Program-made: the position numbers and the translations under genes
Notes under the pieces: model-generated
What the model was told of the DNA's origin: nothing
Database searches by the model: none
Seen by the model: only the letters and a program-made list of their open reading frames with translations
Shown here: positions 25,548-34,786 of the stretch, in pieces
How positions within the stretch are numbered: position 1 is the first letter of the stretch
How the letters are laid out: the number at the start of each line of letters is the position of its first letter
NCBI GenBank assembly: GCA_964527695.1
Contig: CAZGRB010000001.1
Span: 1-38,241, forward strand
Source of the DNA: an uncultured Ruminiclostridium sp.
GTDB lineage: Bacteria; Bacillota; Clostridia; Oscillospirales; Ruminococcaceae
Direction: 5' to 3'
DNA: 38,241 nucleotides

Positions 25548-26285
25548 TTATCTGAAATCATGAACGGCAGTACCGCCCATTACATTCTCATCAACAGAAT
25601 CAAGGTCAACATAGTACCTGCTTCTGTCGGCAGGGTCATAATAAACAGTTACAAGCTGTCCCTGAAGATGGCGGATATCGCTCATGACACCCTCGGAGCT
25701 GTAAAGATACTTCTCCCCTGTCACAGGGTCGGTGAATTCACAGTGTGCCTTGTATGGGTGACGCTTGTTTATTCTTACGCTTCTGTCAATATCCACGTTT
25801 GTGATAATTGCTGTTCCCTGCTCACCCGTTTCCTTAAGCTTCTTTCTCTTCGACAATTTCACCACAGGGGCTACGCCTACCGCAGCGCCCACAACTACAA
25901 ACACAAGTGAGAAAATCACGGCAAAGCTCTGCACTCCTGCATTCTTGCTGCTTCTTACGTCACGGGGGTTTTCGGGATTGTAATATACAATGAGGGTCTG
26001 ACCCTCTCTCATAAGCGAAGAACCGCCGTTCAGTTCTTCGTTGTATGTAACTCCGTTGACCTTGTACTGTACGTATACATCGTAATCCGTTTTGTATTTG
26101 CCGTTTCTTCTGACTCTTTCCTTCTGCACATCATAAACCAGTGCAGAGGTTTCCTGTGCGGTCTCCGCAAATTTCTTGGTGTCAATCGTAAGGAACAGGC
26201 ATACAAAAAAGAAAATAAGACCTACCGCTATAAATAAAATTCCTGCGCCAAGCGATACATTTGCAGCACTTCTTCTTTTAGCCAT
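25548..26285 (-). CDS. DUF3592-like membrane protein (paralogue A, two repeats)
   Basis: TM-beta domain-TM-beta domain architecture, with VYYNPENP and VYYDPADRSRYYVD. Confidence 0.78.
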   Translation of the reverse strand: MAKRRSAANVSLGAGILFIAVGLIFFFVCLFLTIDTKKFAETAQETSALVYDVQKERVRRNGKYKTDYDVYVQYKVNGVTYNEELNGGSSLMREGQTLIVYYNPENPRDVRSSKNAGVQSFAVIFSLVFVVVGAAVGVAPVVKLSKRKKLKETGEQGTAIITNVDIDRSVRINKRHPYKAHCEFTDPVTGEKYLYSSEGVMSDIRHLQGQLVTVYYDPADRSRYYVDLDSVDENVMGGTAVHDFR

Positions 26286-26347
26286 AACATCAATCCCCTT
26301 TAATACAAAAATAGCTTTGGTAAATTTTATTTACCTGCAACAATCGC

Positions 26348-26376
26348 ATTATACAGCATATTTATTGATTTGTCAA
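26348..26376 (-). promoter_or_regulatory. Consensus sigma-A promoter of the DUF3592-DUF3592-rimI unit
   Basis: TTGACA-17 bp-TATAAT. Confidence 0.8.
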
Positions 26377-26440
26377 TAGGTTTTTATAAAAAAAGTAAAT
26401 ATTTTTTACTTTTTTATTTGCTCTATGAACTTTTTATATC

Positions 26441-26483
26441 AAAAGCAGATTTCTCTGCGCATTGAAACTGCGTTTCAATGCGC
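26441..26483 (-). terminator. polA 3' hairpins
   Basis: GCGCATTGAAAC-GCA-GTTTCAATGCGC spans the stop codon and overlaps GCAGA-GAAA-TCTGC-TTTT. Confidence 0.6.
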
Positions 26484-28958
26484 TTCAAACCAGCTGTCGC
26501 CGGTTTTTGCATCTGCTGTCAGCGGCACTGAAAGCTTTGCCACATTTTCCATTTCCTCACGGAGTATCTGCGCCGCCTTTTCTGCGTCGCACTCCTTCGC
26601 TTCCACGATAAGCTCGTCGTGAACCTGTAAAATAAGCCGTGCTTCGGGCAATTCCTTTTTCAGCCTTGCATAAACCTTAACCATGGCAAGCTTTATAATG
26701 TCTGCCGCTGTGCCCTGAATGGGAGTATTCATGGCAATACGTTTGCCGAGAGCCTGAACATTCTTGTTGCTCATCTGAAGCTCGGGGATATATCTTCTTC
26801 TGCCGAACATTGTTGTTACATAGCCCTTTTTCTTTGCTTCCTCGGGAGTGTTCTCCATATAGCGTGCAACACCCCTGTATTTCGCAAGATAAGCCTTGAT
26901 ATACTCGTCAGCCTGCTTCACGGAAACGCCGATGTCCTTTGAAAGGGAGAATGCACCGATTCCGTAGACAATTCCGAAGTTTACCGCCTTTGCACTGCTT
27001 CGCATTTCGGGAGTTACCCACTCGGGTGGCTGATTGAATACCTGTGAAGCGGTGATTGTGTGGATATCCTCACCGCTCTTAAAGGCTTCAATCATTGATT
27101 CGTCATCTGAAATATGCGCAAGAAGCCTCAGCTCAATCTGGGAATAATCGGCGTCAACAAGCTTATAGCCCTTTTCCGCCACAAAGAAGCGTCTGAACTC
27201 CCTTCCCAGCTCGGTGCGTACGGGAATATTCTGGATATTGGGCTCGGCGGAGGAAATTCTGCCTGTACGGGTTTCGGTCTGCTTGTAGGTTGTGTGAACT
27301 CTGCCGTCCTCGGCGATAACCTTTAAAAGTCCCACTGCATAGGTAGAGCTGAGCTTTGTAAGAGTGCGGTAATTCAGCACCAGCTCAATTATCGGGTCAT
27401 ACTCTATAAGCCCCTCAAGCACCTCCGCATTGGTGGAATATCCCGTCTTGGTCTTTTTTCCGTGGGGCAGTCCCATTTTTTCAAACAATATCTCGCCCAG
27501 CTGTTTCGGGGAGGAGATATTGAACTTTTCACCTGCGCAGATATAAATCTGCTGTTCAAGGTCGGCAATCTGTGCGTCAAGTTCCCTTGCAAAGCCCATA
27601 AGAGCGGCACGGTCAATTTCCACACCGTACTTTTCCATTGACACAAGAACATAGCTCAGCGGAATTTCAATCTCCGTCAGCAGCTTTTCCATATCCTCAC
27701 CCTTTACCCTGCCGTAAAGCCCGCAGTTGAGACGGTACAGGGTTTCGGCAATGTTCTCTGTGTCATACACAACACTGTATTCGGAGCAGAGACGTTCAAG
27801 GTTGTATTCCGCCGCATTTACGTTAAGCAGATATGCCGCAAGGGTGGAGTCGAATACCACATTGTTTATTTCAAAACAGATTCCCGACAGCATTTCCTTT
27901 AAATTAAAGGTACGCTTGGGTGAATTGTCAGACAATACCTTTTCATAATCAGCTTCTGGAACGATTTCCGCCTTGCCGCCCATACAGCGGTACAGAACAC
28001 CGCCCATTGCAATAAAATCAGGCACATTACGGTCAATTTCCTCGGCTGTGACTGCTTCACGCTCCTCGGAAGCCTGCTGTGCGGCGGAGGCTACCGCTTC
28101 CTTGCCGATGTCAAGCTTTTTCAGCAGTGTGAACATTTCAAATTCCGTCAGCATTGCCGCAAGCTTCACCTCGTCACGCTGACCGAAGCTGTAAACGCTC
28201 AGATTCGTATCAACGGGAGCAGTTTTACAGATTGTACCAAGCTCGTAGCTGAGACGGCAGTTTTCTTCGCCCTTTGTAAGCTTTTCACGGACGGATTTCG
28301 TAACCTCGATAGTGTCGATGTTTTCGTATATTTCATCAATACTGTGATATTTCTGGATAAGGGAAAGGGCGGTTTTCTCGCCTATGCCCGCAACACCGGG
28401 GATATTATCACTGCTGTCGCCCATAAGCGCCTTCACATCTATCATCTGCAAAGGCGTAACACCGTACACCTCCATGATTTTGTCGGGAGTGTAGAGGATG
28501 TCCTCCTTGTTGGAAGCAAGATTTACCGTTACACGGTCGGTTATAAGCTGGAAAGAGTCACGGTCGCCTGTAGCGATGATACATTCATAGCCGTTTCTGT
28601 CGCATTCCGCACTTAACGTACCGAGAATGTCATCCGCTTCATAGCCCTCGCACTCGATAACCGTAACGCCCATTGCTCTCAGCAGGTCCTTTACAGGCTG
28701 GAGCTGCATGGCAAGCTCCTCGGGCATACCCTTTCTGCCTGCCTTGTAGCCGTCATATTTCTTATGGCGGAACGTGGGTGCTTTCAGGTCAAAGGCTACC
28801 GCCGCACCGTCGGGTTTAAACCCTGAAATAAGCTTCAGGTAAATGTTAAAAAAGCCTGTTATGGCGTTTGTGAACATTCCCTTTTTATTTGACAGCAGAC
28901 GTATACCGTAAAAGGCACGGTTAAGTATGCTGTTTCCGTCGATAATCAGGAGCTTCAT
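26475..28958 (-). CDS. polA: DNA polymerase I
   Basis: 5' nuclease (IDGNS, YEADD, TGDRD, GDSSDNIPGV) and Pol A motifs (DYSQIELR, RSSAKAVNFGIVYG, QVHDEL). Short, degenerate middle domain. Confidence 0.98.
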   Translation of the reverse strand: MKLLIIDGNSILNRAFYGIRLLSNKKGMFTNAITGFFNIYLKLISGFKPDGAAVAFDLKAPTFRHKKYDGYKAGRKGMPEELAMQLQPVKDLLRAMGVTVIECEGYEADDILGTLSAECDRNGYECIIATGDRDSFQLITDRVTVNLASNKEDILYTPDKIMEVYGVTPLQMIDVKALMGDSSDNIPGVAGIGEKTALSLIQKYHSIDEIYENIDTIEVTKSVREKLTKGEENCRLSYELGTICKTAPVDTNLSVYSFGQRDEVKLAAMLTEFEMFTLLKKLDIGKEAVASAAQQASEEREAVTAEEIDRNVPDFIAMGGVLYRCMGGKAEIVPEADYEKVLSDNSPKRTFNLKEMLSGICFEINNVVFDSTLAAYLLNVNAAEYNLERLCSEYSVVYDTENIAETLYRLNCGLYGRVKGEDMEKLLTEIEIPLSYVLVSMEKYGVEIDRAALMGFARELDAQIADLEQQIYICAGEKFNISSPKQLGEILFEKMGLPHGKKTKTGYSTNAEVLEGLIEYDPIIELVLNYRTLTKLSSTYAVGLLKVIAEDGRVHTTYKQTETRTGRISSAEPNIQNIPVRTELGREFRRFFVAEKGYKLVDADYSQIELRLLAHISDDESMIEAFKSGEDIHTITASQVFNQPPEWVTPEMRSSAKAVNFGIVYGIGAFSLSKDIGVSVKQADEYIKAYLAKYRGVARYMENTPEEAKKKGYVTTMFGRRRYIPELQMSNKNVQALGKRIAMNTPIQGTAADIIKLAMVKVYARLKKELPEARLILQVHDELIVEAKECDAEKAAQILREEMENVAKLSVPLTADAKTGDSWFEAH

Positions 28959-28986
28959 TTTATTAATTCCTTTCAGAAATATAGTA

Positions 28987-29104
28987 GTGAAGAATGAAAG
29001 ATTGCAGAGTTGCCTGCGGCGCCAACCCTTTTGTAAAAGGTTTGGCCGAAAACTTTTGATTTCTCGCTTCGCTCGGTTTAAAAGACATTCATATCTTTAA
29101 ACCG
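28987..29104. repeat. REP-like/miniature palindromic element in the ppk1-polA spacer
   Basis: GCCAACCCTTTT-GT-AAAAGGTTTGGC hairpin, AAAACTTTT, TCGCTTCGCTCGG, a CGGTTTAAA...TTTAAACCG stem, and TGAAGAA TGAAAGA heptamers. Confidence 0.5.
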
Positions 29105-29121
29105 CAACACCTTCAAATGAA

Positions 29122-31242
29122 TTATTTCTTCACTTTTCTCACCTTTGCCACAAGCTTCACGGGCTTTACCGTTTTCGCTGCCGCAGACTTTGCCGCAGCG
29201 GCCTCGGCGTACGCCCTGAAATAGAAATACCTCTGTGCGTCAAGGGGCTCGCCCTCAGTTTCACGGCGGATATATGTGCCGTCAGGCTGCTGAACACGCA
29301 CCTTAACGTTGTCGGTGAGCATCGTTGTGAAATAATTCATAAGCCTGTCACGTATATCCTTGTCCTTTATGGGTGCGGCAACCTCAACACGGCGCTCTGT
29401 ATTTCTTGTCATAAAGTCCGCAGAGGAAATATACATCTTTTCACGCTCTCCCTTGCCAAAAATATAAATACGGCTGTGTTCAAGGAAGCGTCCTACAATG
29501 GAAACAAGAGCGATATTGTCCGTCTCGCCCTCAATTCCCGAAACGAGGCAGGAAATACCTCTTATGAGCAGCTCAACCTTAACCCCCGCCTTGCTTGCCT
29601 CAACAAGCTTTTCGATAATGTCCTTATCTGTAAGGGAGTTTAATTTAAGCCCTACATAGCCGTCCTTACCGTAGGTGATTTCACGGTCGATAAGCTCTAC
29701 AACACGGGGCTTTAAGCAATGAGGCGCAACCCACAGGGATGATGAGCTTTCCACCGCTGAGCCTATGGATAATGCCGCAAACACAAGTGACGCATCGGTG
29801 CCGATATCCTGGTCTGCGGTCATAAGGGTTATGTCCGTGTAGAGACGGGAGGTGCGCTCATTGTAGTTTCCTGTACCTATCTGAGTTGTATAAGAGACAG
29901 AATTGCCCTTCTTGCGTGTGATAAGCAGCAATTTCGAATGAACCTTAAGGTTATCAAGCCCGTAGATTACATTTACGCCTGCGTCCTCAAGACGCTTTGA
30001 CCAGCCGATATTGTTCTCCTCGTCAAATCTTGCACGCAGCTCAACCAGTGCAAGTACATCCTTGCCGTTTTCCGCCGCCTTTATAAGTGCGTCAACTATC
30101 TTACTGTCACGGGCAACTCTGTAAAGGGTAATCTTCACCGATACCACATCGGGTGAAACAGCCGCTTCCTCAAGGAGCGAAATAAAAGGATTGAAGCTCT
30201 CGAAAGGATACATCAGCATAATATCCTTTTCGTCAATCTGACTCAGAATGGACTTGCCCTGCGCAATTGCAGGCGGCTGCTGAGGTGTAAGACGGTCAAA
30301 GAAAAGCTCGGACTTGTCTGAAAGGCGGCTTTCAATTTCGCCCAAAAAGCCGAAATCAAGAGGATAATCAACATTGAATATAAAGTTATTACCGATGGTA
30401 AGTCCTGCCTTTTCGGCCAGTGCGGCAATATCCGAAGCATTCTTGTAATGAGAATACTCGATTCTTACGGGACACAGCTTGCGTCTTTTCTTGATAACCT
30501 CCTCCATAACGTCACGGAAGTCAACATCGTGGTCAAAAAGTGCTTCATTTGCGTCAATATCCGCATTTCTTGTTATACGGATAATGCCCTTGTCTGCCAC
30601 CTGATAATCACCGAAAACCTGACCTGCAAAAAGCATTATGAGCTCTTCCGTAAGAATAAAGCGGAAACCGCTTTCCGAAGGAAGGAATACTACCCGTCCG
30701 AACACATCGGAGCCGGCGGGGATAAGGCCACGTGTTTCGTTTCCCTTCTTACCCGTGAGCTTTACATAGATATACACCGCCTTGTTGGCAATAAATGGCA
30801 TGGGGTGCTTTTTATCGATAACAGTAGGGAAAAGCAAAGGCTTTATATCAGAATTGAAATATTTCTGGAGATAGTCCTTGTCGCTTTTGCTGAGCCTGTT
30901 CACATTCACGTGCTCCGCACCGAAAACCGAAAGCTCCTCCTCAATTAGATGATACGCCTTTGAAAAACGGGGAACAAGCTCGGTAACCTTTTCCGCAATA
31001 AATGCAAGCTGCTGGGCAGAGGTAAGTCCCGTCTTGTTGTCGGGTTTGTCTTTTTTCAGTAAAGTCTGGTCATAGAGAGAGCCTACACGCACCATGAAGA
31101 ATTCGTCCAGATTGCTTGCAAAGATAGATACAAAACGCAGTCTTTCAAAAAGCGGAACTCTGCCGTCCTCCGCTTCCTCAAGCACACGCTGGTTGAATTT
31201 AAGCCAGGAAAGTTCACGGTTGTCAAAATATGATAAACTCAT
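29122..31242 (-). CDS. ppk1: Polyphosphate kinase 1
   Basis: NRELSWLKFNQRVL, SNLDEFFMVRV, ELRARFDEENN, KVHSK, GTGNYN, GRFLEHSR and SSADFMTRN. RBS AGGAG supports start 31242. Confidence 0.98.
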   Translation of the reverse strand: MSLSYFDNRELSWLKFNQRVLEEAEDGRVPLFERLRFVSIFASNLDEFFMVRVGSLYDQTLLKKDKPDNKTGLTSAQQLAFIAEKVTELVPRFSKAYHLIEEELSVFGAEHVNVNRLSKSDKDYLQKYFNSDIKPLLFPTVIDKKHPMPFIANKAVYIYVKLTGKKGNETRGLIPAGSDVFGRVVFLPSESGFRFILTEELIMLFAGQVFGDYQVADKGIIRITRNADIDANEALFDHDVDFRDVMEEVIKKRRKLCPVRIEYSHYKNASDIAALAEKAGLTIGNNFIFNVDYPLDFGFLGEIESRLSDKSELFFDRLTPQQPPAIAQGKSILSQIDEKDIMLMYPFESFNPFISLLEEAAVSPDVVSVKITLYRVARDSKIVDALIKAAENGKDVLALVELRARFDEENNIGWSKRLEDAGVNVIYGLDNLKVHSKLLLITRKKGNSVSYTTQIGTGNYNERTSRLYTDITLMTADQDIGTDASLVFAALSIGSAVESSSSLWVAPHCLKPRVVELIDREITYGKDGYVGLKLNSLTDKDIIEKLVEASKAGVKVELLIRGISCLVSGIEGETDNIALVSIVGRFLEHSRIYIFGKGEREKMYISSADFMTRNTERRVEVAAPIKDKDIRDRLMNYFTTMLTDNVKVRVQQPDGTYIRRETEGEPLDAQRYFYFRAYAEAAAAKSAAAKTVKPVKLVAKVRKVKK

Positions 31243-31310
31243 ACATTTTCTCCTTAAATCCATAATTGTTTGTTAAATAATAATCAATTTTAGGCATAAT
31301 TAACAATTAT

Positions 31311-31339
31311 ATTATACTAAACATCGGATTATTTTTCAA
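31311..31339 (-). promoter_or_regulatory. Sigma-A promoter of ppk1(-polA)
   Basis: TTGAAA-17 bp-TATAAT. Confidence 0.7.
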
Positions 31340-31477
31340 GTCTTTCACATAAATTTTACAGGTTTTGAATTTTTTTATTTCCTCGTTGTATTTTTTTGCA
31401 AATTCCGTTGATTTTTTCCATAATTTGTGATATTATAAATAAGTATTATTTTTTAACATATGAAAGGAAATTATGCT

Positions 31478-31978
31478 ATGTCAAAAAGATGTACCAAGTG
31501 CGGCTCATTCCTTACGGATAATGACCGCTTTTGCCCCGGCTGCGGAGAGAATGCACCCCAGGAGGTTGAATCCACAACTGCTTACAACGCTGCTCCCCAG
31601 CAGCAGTACGGAAACTACAATCCGCCCCCTGTTGCTCCTTCTCCCTACACTCCCAACAGCGCTCCCCAGTACAACCCCTATCAGGCTCCTCAGGAAGAAA
31701 TGAGCATAGGAAAATGGCTGCTCACAATTTTTCTTACAAGTCTCGGCTGTATCGGTCTTATATTCTTATTCATCTGGGGCTTCGGCGACGGCCCCAAGGC
31801 AAGACAGAATTACTGCAAGGCTATGCTTATCTGGATGGCTATCGGAATCGCTCTCCTCGTTATATACTATGTATTCGTCATTGCGATTCTGGGCTTAAGC
31901 TTCTCGGAAATAATGGATGAATACGCCTACTCGTCCTACGAAATGGCTGCTAATTTCATGAGCAGCTTTGTCAAGTAA
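31478..31978 (+). CDS. Zinc-ribbon membrane protein
   Basis: CTKC-x10-CPGC, a Pro/Tyr/Gln-rich linker and 2-3 TMs. RBS AAAGGA. Confidence 0.82.
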   Translation: MSKRCTKCGSFLTDNDRFCPGCGENAPQEVESTTAYNAAPQQQYGNYNPPPVAPSPYTPNSAPQYNPYQAPQEEMSIGKWLLTIFLTSLGCIGLIFLFIWGFGDGPKARQNYCKAMLIWMAIGIALLVIYYVFVIAILGLSFSEIMDEYAYSSYEMAANFMSSFVK

Positions 31979-32058
31979 TACATAACTTTACTTTTTTCTG
32001 TTTTTGTGGTATATTTATGGTTATACGTCACAGCAATAAACCGAAAGGACGTGAAGCA

Positions 32059-32715
32059 TTGAACCTGAAAAAGCTTACCATTGTTACAGGACATTACGGT
32101 TCAGGAAAAACGAATATCTCCGTAAATCTCGCTCTTGAAGGGGCAAGGCAGGGTAAAAAATGCACGGTCATTGACCTTGATATTGTAAATCCCTATTTCC
32201 GCACGGCGGATTTTGAGGAGCTGTTCGCACAGAACGGAATCACCCTGAAAACTCCCCAGTATGCAAACTCAAACCTCGATATCCCTGCTCTGGGTATCTC
32301 GGTAAAGGGCGTTCTTGACGAAAGCGACTGCGTTATAATCGACGTAGGCGGCGACGACGAGGGTGCAAAGGCACTGGGCAGATACAAAGCGGTTATTTCG
32401 GAATGTGAAGACCGTGAAATGCTGTATGTTATCAATAAATGCCGCTATCTCACCAAGGAACCCGATGAAGCGCTGGAGCTGATGCGTGAAATCGAGACAG
32501 CAAGCGGACTTTCCTGTACGGGAATTGTGAACAACACAAATCTCGGAGGCGAAACCGATGAAAGCATAATTCTCGGTTCTCTCGATTATGCACGGAAAGT
32601 CGCAGAGGCAGCAGGACTTCCCCTGAGAATGACGGCAGCACGGAAGGAATTTCTTGAAAAGGTTACAGAAAATCCCTTCCCCATTGAAATTTTTGTTAAA
32701 ACCTTATGGAATTAA
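32059..32715 (+). CDS. MinD/ParA-like P-loop NTPase linked to the vor operon
   Basis: GHYGSGKTN, DLDIVNPYFRT, DVGGDDEGA and NNTNLG. Probable TTG start after AAAGGA. Confidence 0.82.
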   Translation: MNLKKLTIVTGHYGSGKTNISVNLALEGARQGKKCTVIDLDIVNPYFRTADFEELFAQNGITLKTPQYANSNLDIPALGISVKGVLDESDCVIIDVGGDDEGAKALGRYKAVISECEDREMLYVINKCRYLTKEPDEALELMREIETASGLSCTGIVNNTNLGGETDESIILGSLDYARKVAEAAGLPLRMTAARKEFLEKVTENPFPIEIFVKTLWN

Positions 32716-32747
32716 TAAACATTATGAAAGAAAGGATTGGTCTTACT

Positions 32748-32963
32748 ATGTCAAAAATGACGGTTGAATTTGACCGCTGCAAGGGTTGCGGACTGTGCGT
32801 TACTGCCTGTCCCAAGAAGATTGTTGCAATCCAGCAGGAAAAGCTCAACAAGAAGGGCTACTATACAGCTGCCTGCACAGACGATGACGCTTGTATCGCC
32901 TGCGCTCTCTGCGCTATGATGTGCCCCGACTGTGCAATCACTGTTGAAGGAGGTAAGAAGTAA
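32748..32963 (+). CDS. 2[4Fe-4S] ferredoxin, delta subunit of 2-oxoacid:ferredoxin oxidoreductase
   Basis: CKGCGLCVTACP and CIACALCAMMCP. Confidence 0.93.
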   Translation: MSKMTVEFDRCKGCGLCVTACPKKIVAIQQEKLNKKGYYTAACTDDDACIACALCAMMCPDCAITVEGGKK

Positions 32964-34030
32964 TGGCAGAAAAGAGCTTGATGAAAGGTAATGAGGCTTT
33001 GGCTGAAGCTGCTATCAGAGCAGGCTGCAAATGCTTCTTCGGTTATCCTATCACTCCCCAGACAGAAATCTCCGCATACCTCTCCAAGCGTATGCCCAAG
33101 GTAGGCGGTACATTCTTACAGGCAGAAAGTGAAGTTGCCGCTATCAACATGGTATACGGCTGTGCAGGTTCGGGTATCCGCTGCATGACTTCCTCTTCCT
33201 CTCCCGGAATTTCCCTCAAGGCTGAAGGTATTTCCTACATCGCAGGTGCAGATTTGCCCTGCGTTATCATCGACGTTGTAAGAGGCGGCCCCGGTCTTGG
33301 CGGTATTCAGCCCTCTCAGGCAGACTACTGGCAGATTACAAAGGGTCTCGCTCACGGCGACTTCCACGTACTCGTATACGCTCCCGCCTCCGTTCAGGAA
33401 ATGGCTGACATGGTTGCAAAGGCTTTTGATAAGGCTGACGAATACAGAATGCCTGCAATGATTCTTGCAGACGGTCTTTTAGGTCAGATGATGGAGCCTG
33501 TTGAATTCCCTGATGTGGAAATCAAGATGTCCGACGCTGCTAACAAGCCCTGGGCTGCAAACGGTCACAAGGGCGAAAGAAAGCACAATATCATCAACTC
33601 CCTCTATCTCCAGCCTCAGGAGCTTGAAGACAAGGTGGTTGAACGTTTCAAGAGATATGAAAAAATCGAAGCGGAAGAAACAATGGCAGTAGCAGATTAC
33701 TGCGACGACGCTGACATTGTTGTTGTAGCATACGGTTCTACCGCAAGACTTGCAAAGTCCGCTGTTGACGCAGCACGCAAGGAAGGCCTCAAGGTTGGTA
33801 TGTTCCGTCCCGTAACTCTCTGGCCTTTCCCTGAAAAGGAACTTCAGGAAGCTACAAAGAATGCCAAGAAGATTCTTACAGTTGAAATGTCCATGGGTCA
33901 GATGATTGACGATGTAAAGCTTGCAATCAACTGCTCAAAGCCCGTTGAGTTCTACGGCAGAACAGGCGGTATTATCCCCGCTCCTGCTGACATTTTAAAT
34001 AAAATCAAGGAAATGGGAGGTAATAAGTAA
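32963..34030 (+). CDS. vorB: 2-oxoacid:ferredoxin oxidoreductase alpha subunit (VorB-type)
   Basis: MKGNEALAEAA, GYPITPQTE, QAESEVAAINM, TSSSSPGISLK and RGGPGLG. Confidence 0.9.
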   Translation: MAEKSLMKGNEALAEAAIRAGCKCFFGYPITPQTEISAYLSKRMPKVGGTFLQAESEVAAINMVYGCAGSGIRCMTSSSSPGISLKAEGISYIAGADLPCVIIDVVRGGPGLGGIQPSQADYWQITKGLAHGDFHVLVYAPASVQEMADMVAKAFDKADEYRMPAMILADGLLGQMMEPVEFPDVEIKMSDAANKPWAANGHKGERKHNIINSLYLQPQELEDKVVERFKRYEKIEAEETMAVADYCDDADIVVVAYGSTARLAKSAVDAARKEGLKVGMFRPVTLWPFPEKELQEATKNAKKILTVEMSMGQMIDDVKLAINCSKPVEFYGRTGGIIPAPADILNKIKEMGGNK

Positions 34031-34785
34031 TGCCTGATTTCAAGAGACCCCATGCGCTTACCGACGCATACTTACATTACTGCCCCGGCTGTACTCACGG
34101 CATAGTTCACAGACTTGTCGCTGAGGTTATTGACGAGATGGGTATTGAAAATGATACAATCGGTGTATGCCCCGTAGGCTGCTCCGTTATGGCTTATGAC
34201 TACTTCAACTGCGATATGATTGAAGCGTCCCACGGACGTTCCCCCGCTGTTGCAACAGGCGTAAAGCGCGGCAACCCCGACAAGTTCGTATTTACATATC
34301 AGGGTGACGGCGACCTTGCCGCCATCGGTACTGCCGAAACTATCCACGCTGCTACAAGAGGCGAAAACATCACTGTTATCTTTATCAACAACACAACCTA
34401 CGGTATGACAGGCGGTCAGATGGCACCCACAACACTTCCCGGTCAGGTTACACAGACAACTCCCTACGGACGTGACACTTCCGAAGCAGGTTTCCCTGTA
34501 AAGGTCTGTGAAATCCTTTCACAGATTGACGGTGTTGCTCTTGCTGAAAGAGTTACAGTTGTTGACCCCGCAAATATCAGAAAGGCAAAGGCTGCTATCC
34601 GCAAGGCTTTTGAATACCAGAAGAAAAAGCAGGGCTTCTCACTTGTTGAAGTTCTTTCCACCTGTCCCACAAACTGGGGTATGACTCCCGTTCAGGCTCT
34701 TGAAAGAGTAAAGACCGAAATGATTCCTTACTATCCTCTCGGTGTTTACAAGGACGGCGCTGTAAGAAACAAGGAGGAGAACTGA
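34030..34785 (+). CDS. 2-oxoacid:ferredoxin oxidoreductase beta (TPP-binding) subunit
   Basis: YCPGCTHG, PVGC, GDGDLAAIG...NN..YGMTGGQ and CPTNW. Confidence 0.93.
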   Translation: MPDFKRPHALTDAYLHYCPGCTHGIVHRLVAEVIDEMGIENDTIGVCPVGCSVMAYDYFNCDMIEASHGRSPAVATGVKRGNPDKFVFTYQGDGDLAAIGTAETIHAATRGENITVIFINNTTYGMTGGQMAPTTLPGQVTQTTPYGRDTSEAGFPVKVCEILSQIDGVALAERVTVVDPANIRKAKAAIRKAFEYQKKKQGFSLVEVLSTCPTNWGMTPVQALERVKTEMIPYYPLGVYKDGAVRNKEEN

Positions 34786-34786
34786 T

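Noticed and set aside
26475..28958. Truncated polA pseudogene (827 aa)
   Set aside because: Nuclease and polymerase motifs are intact; a reduced, inactive proofreading domain is normal in Firmicutes.
32020..32060. c-di-GMP-I riboswitch-like words (GCAATAAACCGAAAGGACG)
   Set aside because: No P1/P2/P3 pairing; the sequence is explained as the RBS region.
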